DNA from: Phoronis australis
Taxonomy: Eukaryota > Animalia > Phoronida
Assembly (NCBI GenBank): GCA_002633005.1
Contig: NMRA01000825.1
Coordinates: 1-64,000, forward strand
Direction: 5' to 3'
DNA length: 64,000 nt
Below are positions 28,901-43,800 of the stretch, piece after piece (positions within the stretch are counted from its first letter, which is position 1; each line of letters opens with the position of its first letter). The notes beneath the pieces are model-generated. The model saw only the letters and a program-made list of their open reading frames with translations. It had not been told where the DNA came from and made no database searches. A program made the position numbers and the translations under genes.

Positions 28901-31900
28901 TTTTCCATGTGTGTTTCAGTATTATCACCAGTTGTTTTTTAACTTGTTCAGCCCCTTGGCTGCCTAGGCCTTAGACAATACTGCTGACCCAGTAGAGACG
29001 ATGATCATACCATAGGTACTTCATATGCCGGATACTTTTCGGCAAATTATGTTCCTATAAGTTTAGAAGTACCGCGTAGAGAGATGCCTCTGAGGAGGTC
29101 GTTAATGTTTTCATTTGTTCCCAGTTTAAACAAATACTCCTGCAATCCTGTTTTTCGAACACTCCATTCAGTTGCCTCGTTGACGCTGCTTGCGCTAAGG
29201 GATAATCCTATGGTGTTATACTGTGGGTGTGATTTTAAAGCACTTTAAGTAAAAAATTTTTGAGAAGGTTAAATGGAGTAGATGGTTGCAAACAACATGC
29301 CCAAGTGGCCGTCATCCCCTGCCGTAGTCTCAATTTTTTGTAAACATTAATTACTTAGGTAGCTGCAATGATAATTAAATTAAAGTGCCTAAGTGGCCAT
29401 CGTCACCGTCAAAATTTGAGGACGATGGAAGCCACTGTCCATTTCGTCAAACGTCGATTACCTTAAGTGTAAATCGATTGACTATGGTTTGAGCATCTGA
29501 TTTAAAAAAATTAAATTTCAATCACTGCACTGGTATATCAGCTGATTTATTTTCAGTTGCATCAACTGATCTAATTATTAGACGATCAACATTATTAGGC
29601 TACAGATCAGACGGCATGTAAATTTGTTAGGCTGGTGGTGGATCAGTTCCTGATAAGTCCGTCTGAAAAAGTTGCATGCCAACTCACTCATAGTTGAATG
29701 TTAAATTAGTGTTAACAGTTCGGGTTTTTTTCAGTTGGACTTGTATCGCAAGCAACAGCTCAGTCCAGAGCCCTGAATATGCAAATGAAATTCAAAGATA
29801 AAGACCTTGTGTCTTAGAAGCCAAGTACCACAGATCATCATGCTATAAAAAATAGAAAGACAACGATTGTGAAGAGTGACGAATTCACAGTTTTCAGAGA
29901 TGTTTTTCTACAGTTTTGTTTGGAGTTCATTGAATCGAAGCTTCTAACACAAGGAGATGTCATTTGCCTTTCAAAACTAAAGCAAGACTTTGAAGCTGTT
30001 CTTCAGAAAGCTGGTGTGCATGAAGTTATTTGGACAGGCAATCTTAAGAAATATTGTTGAAGCTACTCACTGTTGTAGTTTGTGCCCGACTAAGAGATAC
30101 GAAAGTGAATTGAGGCTAGTGTTCAATAATTCACTTGCTGACTCTAATTAACACAGCCCATTATAACATATTTTGAATCAAACGTTTGCCCAAATAGTGC
30201 CCGCCTCCAAACAAGGACTTAGTGTTTGACCCTTCATTGCCTGCGAGCTAATCACCAGTGTGCAGTGCTGTACCCTCTCTAATCGACCATAGTTGGTTCC
30301 TTGGCGGTGGAGCTTTGCAGTTAATATGTATGGCAATGACCGCATCTCCATTGACAGTACTAAACGTTGAACGCTGCAAGTGCAAAAAGAACATGTGTGC
30401 TGGGAAACTGAGTTTGTGCTGCAATGCTGGGTCAAACTGTACAGAAATGTGCAGCTGTGACAACTGTAGTAACATCAGCAACACTGACTGCATAACATTG
30501 GATAGTTCTTTGACAAGTCAACCCTAAATAGACCTCCAACCCCGTTATTTCCTTTTTTGTATTAAAAAGTTAATTTTATTTGTTGATTAAGTCATAGAAA
30601 GTACATACTTTGATCATTGTCATGTATTTGTCTCATACTGCTTGATAAACGCTGTCAGAATAATCTATTATTTTCATACAGTCTTTGTGCACATTCACAG
30701 AGATCATTCAACTACCGGTATATTGTTTTTGTACTATAACGTATTTCTGGTGTATTATGCAAACAAGCTGTATTTTACACCATTAGTCAATGTTTTAGTC
30801 ATTGAGGCACAAATTTTGCCCAGTCTCAAGTGTTTTGTGTTATTTTTGTTGCCTGACAATGCCAGAATAACTTCCTAGTAACATTCAGACTTAGTTTGCA
30901 TTTTTGCCACTAGGTGTCTCTTTACGTTTTTTAAATTTCACTGTTTACAATTAATTTACAATAGTAAAACGTGTAATGTGAGTGTAATATTGTTCAATAC
31001 AATGGCACTGATGGGACCATATTACTTGTTTTACAAAAAAGTCACCAAAACTGTTGTTTTTACAAATATAAGTTTACTAAGATCTTTGGTGATTATTATG
31101 TAACTTCAAACTCAAATTTCTCAAAAATGTGCAACTTTATATGTGGGAACTTTTTAGATTTTGAAAACACTCTAATAAATGAATTACGTATTCTGATTTT
31201 TGATCAAAAAGAATCCCAATATTTGGGAGTTTTAGCGAGTAGGTAGGGTGAGGGAAAACAAACTTGATTTATTATTTTGGCCGGATGTCGGATTATTACG
31301 ATTTATCAACCTTGGTCACGCAAGTTATAGATATGTACGAGATGACGTGGGAACGTGAGAGCGATCATAAACACTTCCTGGACGATCAATCAATTTATTA
31401 CATTTTGCAAAAACCGTCTAATGTACGAGTATCGATATGATTTATTGTCTATCGTCCACCACAGTTTCGCATCAACCAATGAGTGTGAACGGCAGACGTC
31501 GCCATCATTCAAGGCTGTTGCCAGAGGTTTTGGATCTAAATAACGAAATATTAAAGTGGTATTCTACGAGTAATAATTTTTTAAAGGGACAGTCTCATCG
31601 AGAAAATTATTTTTTTCTGAAATGAGCCGCAACGCGAGATCGAATCCTGTTGCACCTTACTTGCTGCCCAGCGACGTGCCGCTTCTCCAAACCCCACACT
31701 TTAAATAACAGTGTTTTAAGCGTCGTTGAAGACACCGCCCTTGATGTCAGGCAATGTCTGGCAGATGACGACAATTCACGATTCTTAACTAAATCACAAA
31801 GACACAAGTGATTTTGTATTTAATAATTCTAGTCAAAGTTATTAATCCAAAAAGTTTATCCCATCCGAGATTAATACCCACAATACGTTTCCCGCCATAA

Positions 31901-34900
31901 AACCTCCGGAACGTCCCTTTATCTGGATTTTCATAAAAAATGAATAATAACCGAATATTACACGTACGCGTCCCATCGTGTTGAGATTTCGAAGAAATCT
32001 CAAATTCGCCTGATAAACTGATACAAAATATAGTTAAGATTTGCACCAAGATCGAAGCATTGCCACATCACCTTACCATAGAATTATTTACATACGAAAT
32101 TGATTTGAACGCAATGCCGTTTGGCGATCCCAGTGAAGCTCGTGACCATCAGGTGTGTTTAATCAGTTCTTACAGTGACAGGTTATCTGGAAATTCTCTA
32201 CACGACACAAGGCGGTCGCTCAGGGCATGTCGCAACTGCACTTCTACGTATCCTAGCAACGCGATTTAATTATTCAACCACACCGTTCGCACAATTAAGC
32301 CCACGCTAATTGCTGACATTTCAACGTGCGCATTACTTGAGTCAATGCTTTTGCAGTCAACATTTAAAAACGTTCCCACTTGCAAGCCGCAGTCGAGAGG
32401 AACTTTATTTACTGAATGCATCAAACGTTCGACATTTAACTCGCGGCTTTCTCAGAAGCCAACGAATTCAACTGTAACATTCTCTTTTCCGCCGACATTT
32501 TCATAATGAAGTTTGAACTATGTGAGAAAAATCGTAATCGTGTAACATGCGAAGACGACTAGTAAATTATTCACCATACTTGATAATTTCTGATTAGAGC
32601 CATGTAGTTGAGTGTTGCAGTGCCTTTGAAGGCACTCACACAGTTGTATGATCCATTAAAACGGTCTTCGCGTTGACCAATACGTATGCGTGCTACCGAA
32701 TATGTCCGACAGAGACCCCACCAAACTGACAAAAGGCACGCAATGGAGCTGTTCCAGAAACAAGGACCGGAATAGCCTCCAGGTCTTCTTTGTAAATTGG
32801 CATTACTACGTATACATGCAGGTTTGCTTTCGTATAAATTCGTATCATGGCATGAATTATGGGTTAATCAATTCTATTTTTCAGAAAGACACTTATCTTT
32901 GTTATGGGAAGAAGGTGACAGAGGACGTTTTTATAAGTAAGTTAGATGAACTATTTCTGGAATGTCAAGTTAATTGAATAGCTTTGTCAATGACAATTTC
33001 TAACAAATCACCGCGTTATGCTTTTAAAGAACGCCCACGCGTTTTGGGAAGCCCGAACAACAAGAAAGACGCAATAGTGCTTAGGTCCATGTAAACGTGA
33101 GATTTGAAATTGTGAACATATCTTGTAGCAGTAGGACTATGTTGCCTCTATGTAGGCGTGTAGGCCAAGATCTTTTTGCACTCGTAATCGAACAGGTACA
33201 TGTACAAATTTTGTTTTGGATTTCCGTTCTAAGTTTGTGCGAACTCAGGATAATTGTGTAGCATAATCAGCTCTATTGCAGTGTGGTTTACATGAACGGC
33301 AGCCTTACCCTAGTCTGCACTGAATGACCCCAGTATTCAATCTGAAAGTTCTAGTCGGAACTCGAAATCTCGATTTCTTAAACCACTCGAGTTTATATCT
33401 CTTTTCTTTGGGTCATCAAGAACAGGAAAATATTTGAGGGTTTCAAACAAATTTGAATTCAGATGAGTAGGTGTTGATTTCTAATGAAAGTGACGCTTAT
33501 GGAAAGGCTGTCACTAGCACGCACGGTTTATTTGCGTGCAACCTGTCAATCAAATCAATTTTCCCGCCAAAATTTTGAAGTAGTGCAAAGTACTATTTTT
33601 TTGTCAAGCCACACACTCTGCTTTGTGAATCAACTGACTATAGTGTAGTTTCAACGTTCTGAACGTTTTTATTTACTGTGACGCTGCGTAATAAGTCTGA
33701 CAGTGAAGGAAAATATGTGTTAGAGTGCAAGTTGAAGCTGTCGTATAAACCAACAATGATCCGGAGAATGTTATCCCTGCACCATTCGAAGTCAACTCAG
33801 TCCTGAAGCGGCAAAGGCGTGCAACTGAATTTCGCCAACCGGATGGAGGATCGTCTGGATTCGAAAATCCAAACCGAATTCAACAAAACCTAACAAGATC
33901 GGACGAGTGCCAAAAATGCTGTGCCTTCTTATTCTAGAGTCCAATTTGCCTACATTTTTATTTTGGCGTCTACTTTAGTACAGGCCCGTAGGAAGGCAAA
34001 AATTATTGGGGGTGGGCACAAACCATTTCGGCTTCGCCAAACAACCCCCCATCGGCCACCACCAACGCCACCCCTCCTCCCCCGTGCTCCCGATTTCACC
34101 ATATTTGTACCGAATCTCCCAGGTCCGCCTTAGGTGGGGGCATAGTGGCGGATTTGGGGGCAAGGGGGCCATGGCCCCTCTAANNNNNNNNNNNNNNNCT
34201 CAAAATCCTGGTCCCGCCCCTGGGCTCTGGGACAATCCCGAGCATCGTGCAGCCATCAGGAGTTGAGTAACCAACATGGAGAGTAAGAATGGCGCTAAGA
34301 TCAATACACTGACCTGTAGCGAGGAGCTGCCTCAAGTGACTATAGCTGAAATCTAACAGTGTGAAAATACGAAATTCCCGATGAAATAAAGCTAGTTGCT
34401 GGTCAGCTCAACTATGATTCACTTGAGACAGGCAGCTCGTACCGGCCGTCTGCGCTCGCTCTAATGTCAAGATTCGTTTTATTGTGACCCAGTTTCGGGA
34501 AAACTTTATTTTATTATGGTCATTATTTAAGGAGTTTTTTTTTTCCAAAAGATGAGATGCCGAAATCCCTGGCATAGTACCTTTGGAGCTGTTTCAAAAT
34601 TCCTCGTTGAAACACGACTGCCGGGTAGTCTAGTTGCTGGTGGCTGAGAAGAATGATATAGAATGTATACCAAAAACGTACACACTTCAACGCCTGGAGT
34701 GCAAATTCAGTTCCTGAGGATCACCGAGATTCTGCACGGGCCTACTGCATGGTTACATCTTATTTTTAACGTGGGTGTCATAACGTGCACGAGAATCAGG
34801 TCAAGCAAACAATTCAGTTTTGAAAAACAAAAATTCATTGCTCAATACTACTGGAAACTAAAACACCAAGAAAGTGCAAAGACAACCTTTCCAAGCAATG

Positions 34901-36596
34901 AGTTTAATTTATTTATTTAAGGTTTTATAAAACGTTTTTTCGATCTACGGTTTGTGAGTCCAAATTCCATCAATGTCTTTGAGAGTTATTTTAGATTTGC
35001 ACAATCGTCTAAGTGTACTTTAGTATTTGGGGATCTGATTATAGTTATTCCAACTTCAGGCTGCAATTAAATTCAAGGAAACATCATCAATTCTTACATG
35101 ATTAGCTTCCAATTGGCAAAAATCATCTATGAATCAATCGATTTTTGTAGAATTCGTTTATCAAAACGGAATGTTACAAGCAATTTTCGCATGCATGCTT
35201 GCAGACTTTTGACGGGTATCGGGGATATATGGGAGATGGGGCATTCGTATTAAGGAGTATTTTTGCTCATTTCAGAGGTACCTATTACGGTTCACGAGGT
35301 AAACTTGAACTCCACTGACAAAAAAAAAACGCTAAAATCTTTGTTTATGATTGCGAGAGTTCTTTGAGTACCCCTTTCGACATGTACACGGTCATCACAA
35401 ATAGAAACCTCGATAGCAGTGTTTTCCACATTTGGGAATTCCTTGCAAACAACTCATAGAAACCGTCTTCAAAAGAGATACTATTCTTGTGATACTACCG
35501 GAAACAGTAACATTATTTTATAACTAATCATCGGAAATAGTCATGTTGTGTAATTCACAGATAGTGGTCTTCACGTTCTTCAAAATTACACCCTTTCGTT
35601 GGCGGTCAATCCTATTGTATTTTTTCACATTTTTGGTTGTTTGGGTCGAATGTCTTGATTCTGCTGTTCTGTGTACGAATGATTTGTTTTATTTTTTGAT
35701 GAATTTGGAATCTCAACTTCCCTCGTAAATACTTGGGAGTGTCGGATTTACGTGTATAGAGGGACAAAGGGACATTTCCCCCGAAGTGCTCCACCGAGAG
35801 AGGATCCCGTCTAAAATGGGACACCTTAACCCTATCATTAAGCTTGGAAAAAAGAGTGGCAGTTCATTCCACCGTCGTGTGGTCCCAAAACGATGCATTG
35901 AGTGAGCTCCTTCAACATTCAAGCAGGTTACACGATTTCACAAAAAATAGGAAAATAGAGGTAATCGATTCCAACATTGGGCCCTCTCTCCGTAAACGTC
36001 CCCTTAAGATTTTGTCAATAAGAACACAAAAAGGGTGGCCACTTGAATGTCATCAATGGCCTCCTTCAAGGGCGGTGCCATAAATATGAAAATATCTATA
36101 TTTTCAAAAATCAGAAAATGCGCAGCGATTGATGTTATCTGTCAGGTCATTAATTTTTCTCAAGTAATATACAATTTTGAGAAATAATGGAGCGAAAGTT
36201 GCCTCCGTTGTCCCTTGCCAGAGAGGGGCCTCTGAAAAAATATAGTTTTGCATTCGAAAAATTGACTTATTGAATTTATAAATCCAGTAAATTAGTACAC
36301 TTAGCTTAGCTTTACAAATTTTCTCAATTTTTCAAAATATGTGTATGATTGTTTACGTGCACGTTTTCAAGTGTGTTTAGACGACCTGTGATGCAAAAGC
36401 GGAGACCCTAACGACAATGTCCTGGCCAGGGTCCTCAAAAATAAACCACGCACTGATACAGAGTTGTTAATTGTTCTCTTGAACTTTCTCTCTTATCCGT
36501 ATTTCGCAGTCTTTCGTTTCCCAACTGTCCCCTGCCCTACACCTATATCGGTTGCCATGGTTTGACCGTGACGCCTAGAATTTTCCGTGGCCAACG

Positions 36597-36630
<34 letters not shown>

Positions 36631-39600
36631 NNNNNNNNNNNNNNNNNNNNNNNNNNACCCCCCCCCCCCCCCCCTCCACTTCCTACGGCCCTGTAGTACC
36701 TTCCAAACAGCTTCATCGATGTTCATGAAATGCAACAGATAGCCAGTATATACATGTGTATGTTTTTATTAACGTTAAGGTTCTCTTTGTGGGCAACTAA
36801 CGCTGCATTCCGTGGAAGAAGTTTTCTAGCGCCGCTTCTTCGAGTTGGCCTGTTTGAAACAACGATTATTCCAATCCCTGGTGCCGTTACCGATGCACCA
36901 GACGGTTCATACAGTACCACCAGCGCCCTCTGTTGCTCTTATTTCCTTTATCGTAGCTCCTCTGTTCCGACCGCAATGCAACTGTTTTAAAAATAAAGAT
37001 GAGATTTCTGTCCTTTCACTATAGCCGGATATGTTCCGCACGCCCATATGCAAACAGCTCATCACATGCTTGTGTTTGGATGCGGAGCTCCCGGTCGGCG
37101 AGAAAAAGTTTGGTAAGTATCCAGTCGCCATGTTAAGCCCCGACACGCTTGAACGCCAGTAAAAGAAAAACACTCTATGAAAATATACTCTCCGTGTCCT
37201 TGTATGTGTAGACAGGATTTCCGTTTTCCTACTAACTACGTCATCGGGAAAAGATTGTCAGTAGCGTTTACTTAACGTATAACCTCTCAAGCATCTCAAA
37301 TGTTTTGTCAGGTTTTCAGTGTTTCTCTACATGTAGCTTGTACGTGTGTCTCTACTCGTTTTCTGTTCACGTGCTGCGACAGACTTATGGAACGCACCTA
37401 GGGTCGTCTTGTGACGAGTCGTTTTTGACACGCTCACGTGTCAATTACGCGATCGGCCATATTGTCGAACACTAAAGTGACAATGATCTTAAAAGAACCA
37501 ATCAGTGTTAAAGTTATGAACGTTACTGGTTTACGGAATCCTTAAGCCCATCACTTTTCCGAGTCATTGTTTTCTCTGTCCATCCCACCGTTGTATAATT
37601 TGAAGTCCGCGAATTTCACTGAAAACGCGTCATTTCTGAAAACTGTCTGATACCGCAAGTCGCATTATGATTATTTCGAATAATATGAGTGTGCATGCAA
37701 CCCTGTCCCTGTCGGTCAATGCGAAGTGGGAATGTAAGTAACATTTCTTTTTGGTCAGATATTTGCTGCCCTCGGTGCATACGTCCTCACTGACCGGCCA
37801 GACCACAACGTGATATTGGTCCAACAGAAATGGGGCCGTACTTGACTTCAGTGCTGAAGAATTGCTTTTTGACTCGACTCTGACGCGCCTAATTGTATTC
37901 CTATTAGTCCAAATTACTTGCCACAAAATAGCGCTAGGCGTGTTCCGATACACACTTCTGCGCACGTGATGTGACTAAATTAGTACTCTTCATTACGACA
38001 ATGGACCGTTTATGTCTACGTCCTTTCGATTCTTGGAAAACACAAATAAAGATATTTCATCCGGGGGTAGGGCCCCCGGGGCCAACCGCTGGAGGCAGCC
38101 AAGAAACAACTTACCGTTCCGGCAGCTGCCGTTAGCGAACATTACTCCTCATTACTGTGATGCCCTCGGCTTGTCACGTTCTAGATCTACCAGTCGATCT
38201 ACAGGTTCGGCTCCCACGATGAGGATGCAAATAACACCTGCTTACTCTATCAAGCTGACCAGCACGTCCACAGGATTGAGAGTTTTTGCCCCAAAAATAA
38301 TTTAGACCACTTGCCAGAAGGGGACACTGTGGGTTTAGTTTAAAAGTTAGTTATGCTCTGTGATTATTCGTGGATGAAGAGAGAATCATTAAATCCGGTA
38401 CTTAATTTATTGTATAATAAGCAGTAATAAATACAAGTGAAACCAGTTGTTAAATAAGTAAACTAACAATGAAAGAGAACTTCAATCAGTCAACAATAAA
38501 CAATCAAACATCTTATCTGCTATACAGTCTGTAGGACACGGCACTCGTTGGATGACAGTTCTGTTAAGTGTTCCTCATAGTAACACACACTGTACTGCGA
38601 CAAGGCACTTGCTGGTCACGGTCATTCGTGACGCAGCGACGCCTGTAGTCAGTATCTGACGTAATCAGTATTTATTCTGACACCACATACCGTTATGAAA
38701 TTGGTCTCAATTTACTTCTACGTCGTAATTGGTACCATTTGTGGGCTTGCAAAGCACTGGAAGTTCCTTATTGCACGAGACCAGGCTTTACAAGTAGACT
38801 TGTCACGGCGTGACATTTTATTTGCCTAACATACATTGTAGCCTAGAGAAATAAGGAACCGTAATTTCTTTGCAAGATCAAAATCATTCTCATCTTAGTA
38901 AGGAACTAGTTGCAAGTTGTCAAAATCAAAATTCATTTTCTTCGCGGGTGTATTGTCTCTTTAATAGTCTGTATGATTGGTATTATTTTGTGTTGTTGGC
39001 TTGATGATTGTAATGAACAGGAACTGTGGAGAGATGCAGTCCACAAGCAAGGATGCGGAAACACCGCGATACAAGCTTGGCTCTCCATGTGAGGGAGGAA
39101 TGAAGATATTGTACGCCTGGGGATCAGACGCACCTCAGTTGGAATTGCCGGAGGGTACGAATACGTGTTGATAATATTGAATAGCAATGATAGTAAGTGT
39201 ACATGTAGCTAAATGTTTGTTAACGAAAATGAATCCACCTTAAAGGATACGAAATCGAATTTTGACCTCTTAAAACAAATACGCTTTTTACGACCACTAC
39301 ACCAATTGAACTCAATATTTCTAAAGAAAACAATGCTATGAATATTTGTGAACAATCAAAAGTTTGTAGTAATTGTAAAAATTTCCAAAAAATTCTGAAT
39401 CGTGGAGCCTGACTAACCTTTAAGGCGAGCAAGTCGACGGCTGCTTGCAACCGCCGCACAACACAAACCACAAGATCCACTTTGCGACGCTTGGGATTAT
39501 CTACTTGAATAATGCAATTACATTAACTCTCACAGGAAGTACAATTGTGTATTCTGTGAAGTCACCAGGGTGACGTAGGTAGATTGCGGTTTTATTTCTT

Positions 39601-40813
39601 CATGCAGACTTAGCTGTGCACACCCTTCTTATATTTGCAATTGTAGAGCGAAGTCGACAATTTTACAATAAAACGTAGGCTATAGTTTAAACTAAAATTA
39701 ATCAAAAAAATTTAAAAATGAAATGAACTAAATTCAAAGTGACTGGTAATACTTTTAAGAAGGTTTAAGTATTCAAATTCGTTTTCAGCGTGACGCATAA
39801 ATTCAAATTGAAATTTTATTATTTTCTGTTGTTTGCAGGCGTGGGCTTCAAAGTTGGGCCAAACACGGACGTGAACTACATTGTTCTTCAAGTACATTAC
39901 AAAAATGTTGATAATTTTTTACCGCCAAGTGAGTATGGCATAACCTTTGATTTTAACACGACGTTAACATGGATACTCTTTTCCAATTGCGAGTATACGT
40001 ATACGTACATGTGTTAACTGACAAAAAATTGACAGACGCTGTATAATTCCCAATCTCTTTGTGCGTCTCTCCCTCCCTCTCCCTCTCCTCTCTCTTACTC
40101 TCTCTCTCTCTCTCTCTAACTCTCTCTCTCTCTCTCTCTCTCTCCCTCCCTCCCTCCCTCCCCCTCTCTCTTTTTCTCTCTCTCGGCATTGTACCAACAT
40201 TTATAAGCTATGAAAACTATGACGCACAATAAAAACGACATTTTATTTCAGTAAAATTTATGTCTTATTGTATCTCACTTGTAAATTACCGATCTCTAGT
40301 ATAAATGCGGATAACGTGTCGTCGGGATCCTTTGGGCATTACCGTCAGTAACCAGTGGTAACCTACTTTAGCAGATGATATTTTCACGGTCGAAGCTTGG
40401 CATTATAAAATGTGTACTAAGTTAGATTAGTTGCTTAAAACATATTTTATGAATTTTCAGTTGGTTTTGAAAAAAAGCATTCTTTTATCAAAAATAACTC
40501 GGTGTTTCTTAAAACGTCACGACCTCCGACCCCGGGCCTCTGACATATTAAGTAGTTTTAAAGCGATACAAGTCGAGAAAGGTAGATCGATTCATTGCAA
40601 TCTTTCTCGATCAGTATGCGATATAAATAGATTATTACATGGTCTCAGTCGTTGTCCCCTCATCTAAGACCATCGTGGATTTTGTAGAATTATCGCTGTC
40701 GAGGTTAACGCCTCCGGGTGATAATTCTCGAAAATCCACTTACATGGGCTCTAGATTACGGGGGATAACGACTTCCCCATGTAATAATTTATATGTATAT
40801 GTATATGTATATG

Positions 40814-40853
<40 letters not shown>

Positions 40854-43800
40854 TATATATATACACACACATATATATATATATATATAAATATATACAC
40901 ATATATATATATGTATATATGTATATGTATATATATATATACACGCCTTTTGGTTTGCAGAGAACGAGAAAGATGAGTCTGGCGTGTCCCTCAATTATAC
41001 GACAAAAGAACAACCTAAATTGGCGGGAGTCTATATGATGGGCACTGGAGGCGAACTACCAGCTCACTCTATCGGTAAGTATGGATAAATATTAAAGAGT
41101 GTGAAATTCTATTTAAAAAATCGCGTATACTTACATTTTACTTATAGCACCACGTGATCGGCGTTTATGACATTGTCGTAATGCGGTACAAGTGGAAAAT
41201 AAAAACTTAAAAATTTTCTACGTATAAAATGTCGCAAGTCGAAGACTTGAATTTTCATTTGTTTATTTGAGAAATACTTAGTCGTTTGAGTGCCTTGATA
41301 GTTGGCTTTTTCACATTAAGTGACATCTGTTATTAATTAGAGCTTCGGCTTTTAACAAAATTATGTAGACAAATCGTTTTTATTTTTCAATCTCGGTCAT
41401 AGAGCCCGACCCCGAGTACGGAGTCAGTTGCCCTGAAATATGCAACGCACGTGCTGTAAGCAGCCCTGACTCAACAATCCAGACCTTTGAAACATGGTCA
41501 TTAACAAATTTATGATGAGATTGTTGTGTACGGACAGACTATATCAGCAATATATGATGTAGATGGCCGGTAACTGAACCCTAGTCCTTGTCAAAATTCA
41601 AAGCTCCAACAGATGTCACTTTTTAAAAAATCAACTATCAAAGCACTCAAACGACTAAGTATCACTCAAGTTAAGAAAAGAAAATGCAAGTTTTCATCTT
41701 ACGTCTAGGAAAAGTTGAAATAAAAGTAAAGTCAAATCTCACACACATTTTCAAGATAACTGGTACTTTTACTTATACTTTTAACATAAATGTAAAAATA
41801 AAAGTTAACAGAACACAAATCTCACACTCTTTATTAACGAAATCGAGAATGATATTTAAAGTATACTCTGCCAATGCTACATGTAAATGGACTGAGAAGT
41901 ATATGGATACGCATGTTAGGAGGGTCTTGATTGATCCAAATTACGATGCAGCAGACGGGCGATCATCGCCGAAATTTACTTGTGGGTATTTCAGTCATGA
42001 GTAGTTCTGCGAAGTGAAATTCGTCCACAAGCGTCGGGGTGCGTTGAGTAAACGAGGATAAAATCATATAAACATAGCGAGACGATCGTTCTGTAGGAGA
42101 AGACGGCATGGTTTGAACAGCAACCGACTTCACACATAAAATTTGAACTTTGCAGAATATTTTGAAGCTGCCTGTTCAATGACAGAGGACAAAGTTCTTC
42201 ATCCGTTTGCGTTCCGAGTGCATGCACATTTGCATGGTAAGTTGGACTGGCGCCAGGAGGCGCCGTGGGCATGGGGTGTGTTTGGAGAGATTCATGCATG
42301 CACTAGATGAAATTAATTTTGCGTTCTGAGTATCGAATTACCCAAGGCGCCATAATACCCGTCTGAATAGGTGAATAAGCAAGGAGAATTGTCATATAAA
42401 ACATTTTAAATTTAATATCCCCTCTACCACATCCGTTTAGGCAAAAGAATTTTATGTCGAAAATTGTTCTACACCTACTATACTGTATATTATCTACAGT
42501 CATTTGTAGTTACAGAAGTTTTCATAGGTTTATTTAGACAAAAGCAAAAATTGCGGCGCTGGATTGCCATTCTTGCAGTCGACGTGAACGTATTTCACGG
42601 AAGTAGTGGTTGCCCCTCCTTGCGACATTCTAAATTCGATAGTTATTTAAATAGTAAAGATATGCTTTGCTTCTCTATAACTAGAAATACAATATACCCT
42701 AAAAGATTTTAATCTTAAAAGAACTCATTGTCTTAATATTTTTCCAAATTCAGAAATGTTCCCCAATTAATGTTAGTTTGGTATGATTTCAGTTTGAAAT
42801 GCTGTGACATGTACAGTTCTCTAATCATATCAAAAGCACGAGAACTGCAGTTTACACGTATAAACTGTTGCGTTAATCCCCATTCCTTGATTGTCTCAAG
42901 GTGTCGTCAGCGCCGCCTATAGGGTTAGGGACAAGGAATGGAAGTTGATAGGGAAACAGTCACCGCAGAAACCTCAAATGTTCTACGACGTGGCGGACAA
43001 AAACATGAAGATCAAACAGGGAGACGTGATCGCTATGAGATGCACCATGGAAAATAAGGGGAACACGACAATACAAATCGGGTGAGTGGCTCACGTGGGC
43101 AATGGACGTCTTGCGGTTCATCTGACATGCTTAGGTTACGCATGCATGCTTATTATGACGACTTATGGGGGAATCTATAGTCACCACGTGGTGCGATCGT
43201 CTCGTCATGGAAATCGACATTTCTGATGTGAGTTTACTCGAAAATACTTATGTAAAGAGACACTTTACATGTACGAGAAAGGGAAGCTGAAGAAATGAAG
43301 CCAACAAAGTTCTCAAAAACAGAAATAGTCTCCAGGCAAGCTTTTATTTTCTTCTGAAAATACCCCCATGTGGAGATAATATGACTAGGTCTACTATTCA
43401 AATGATGTGTTGCATCACGAAGTAAATGGGGGAATATATGACTAGGTCTACTATTCAAATGATGTGTTGCATCACGAAGTAAATGGGGGAAGCTCAAATT
43501 TTCGCCACCTGGTGATTGGAAAAGTCGACTTGTGAAGAATAAGATTTCCCGCAATCCTTCAGATTTTGTTGTAAAAGGGTTCAGTGGCAACTGAACTGAA
43601 GAGTGTGGTTGACAACGGCTGATTGTCTTGGTGGCGCACTTCTAAAGATATCATTTAAAACATTGTTTTTAATGCTTCTGCTATCCATGTTCCAGTCTAT
43701 ACTGTTGAACGGAATTCGTGTTCTATGTTTTATTTTAGACATTTTAGCCCATACCCTAAAACATCTCATATTTGTAGTACGCGCGCTCGTTGTCCCGGCG

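Noticed and set aside
30258-30527. Metallothionein-like Cys-rich ORF
   Set aside because: Preceded by frameshifted LH..RANHQ and HSW motifs; better explained as the CXC tail of a decayed transposon protein.
33715-33935. Second THAP relic (SLHH…KNAVPS fragments)
   Set aside because: Needs several frameshifts, and no paired TIRs were found.
39953-41038. RE-rich and YI-rich ORFs
   Set aside because: Artefacts of (CT)n and (TA)n microsatellites in PHM introns.
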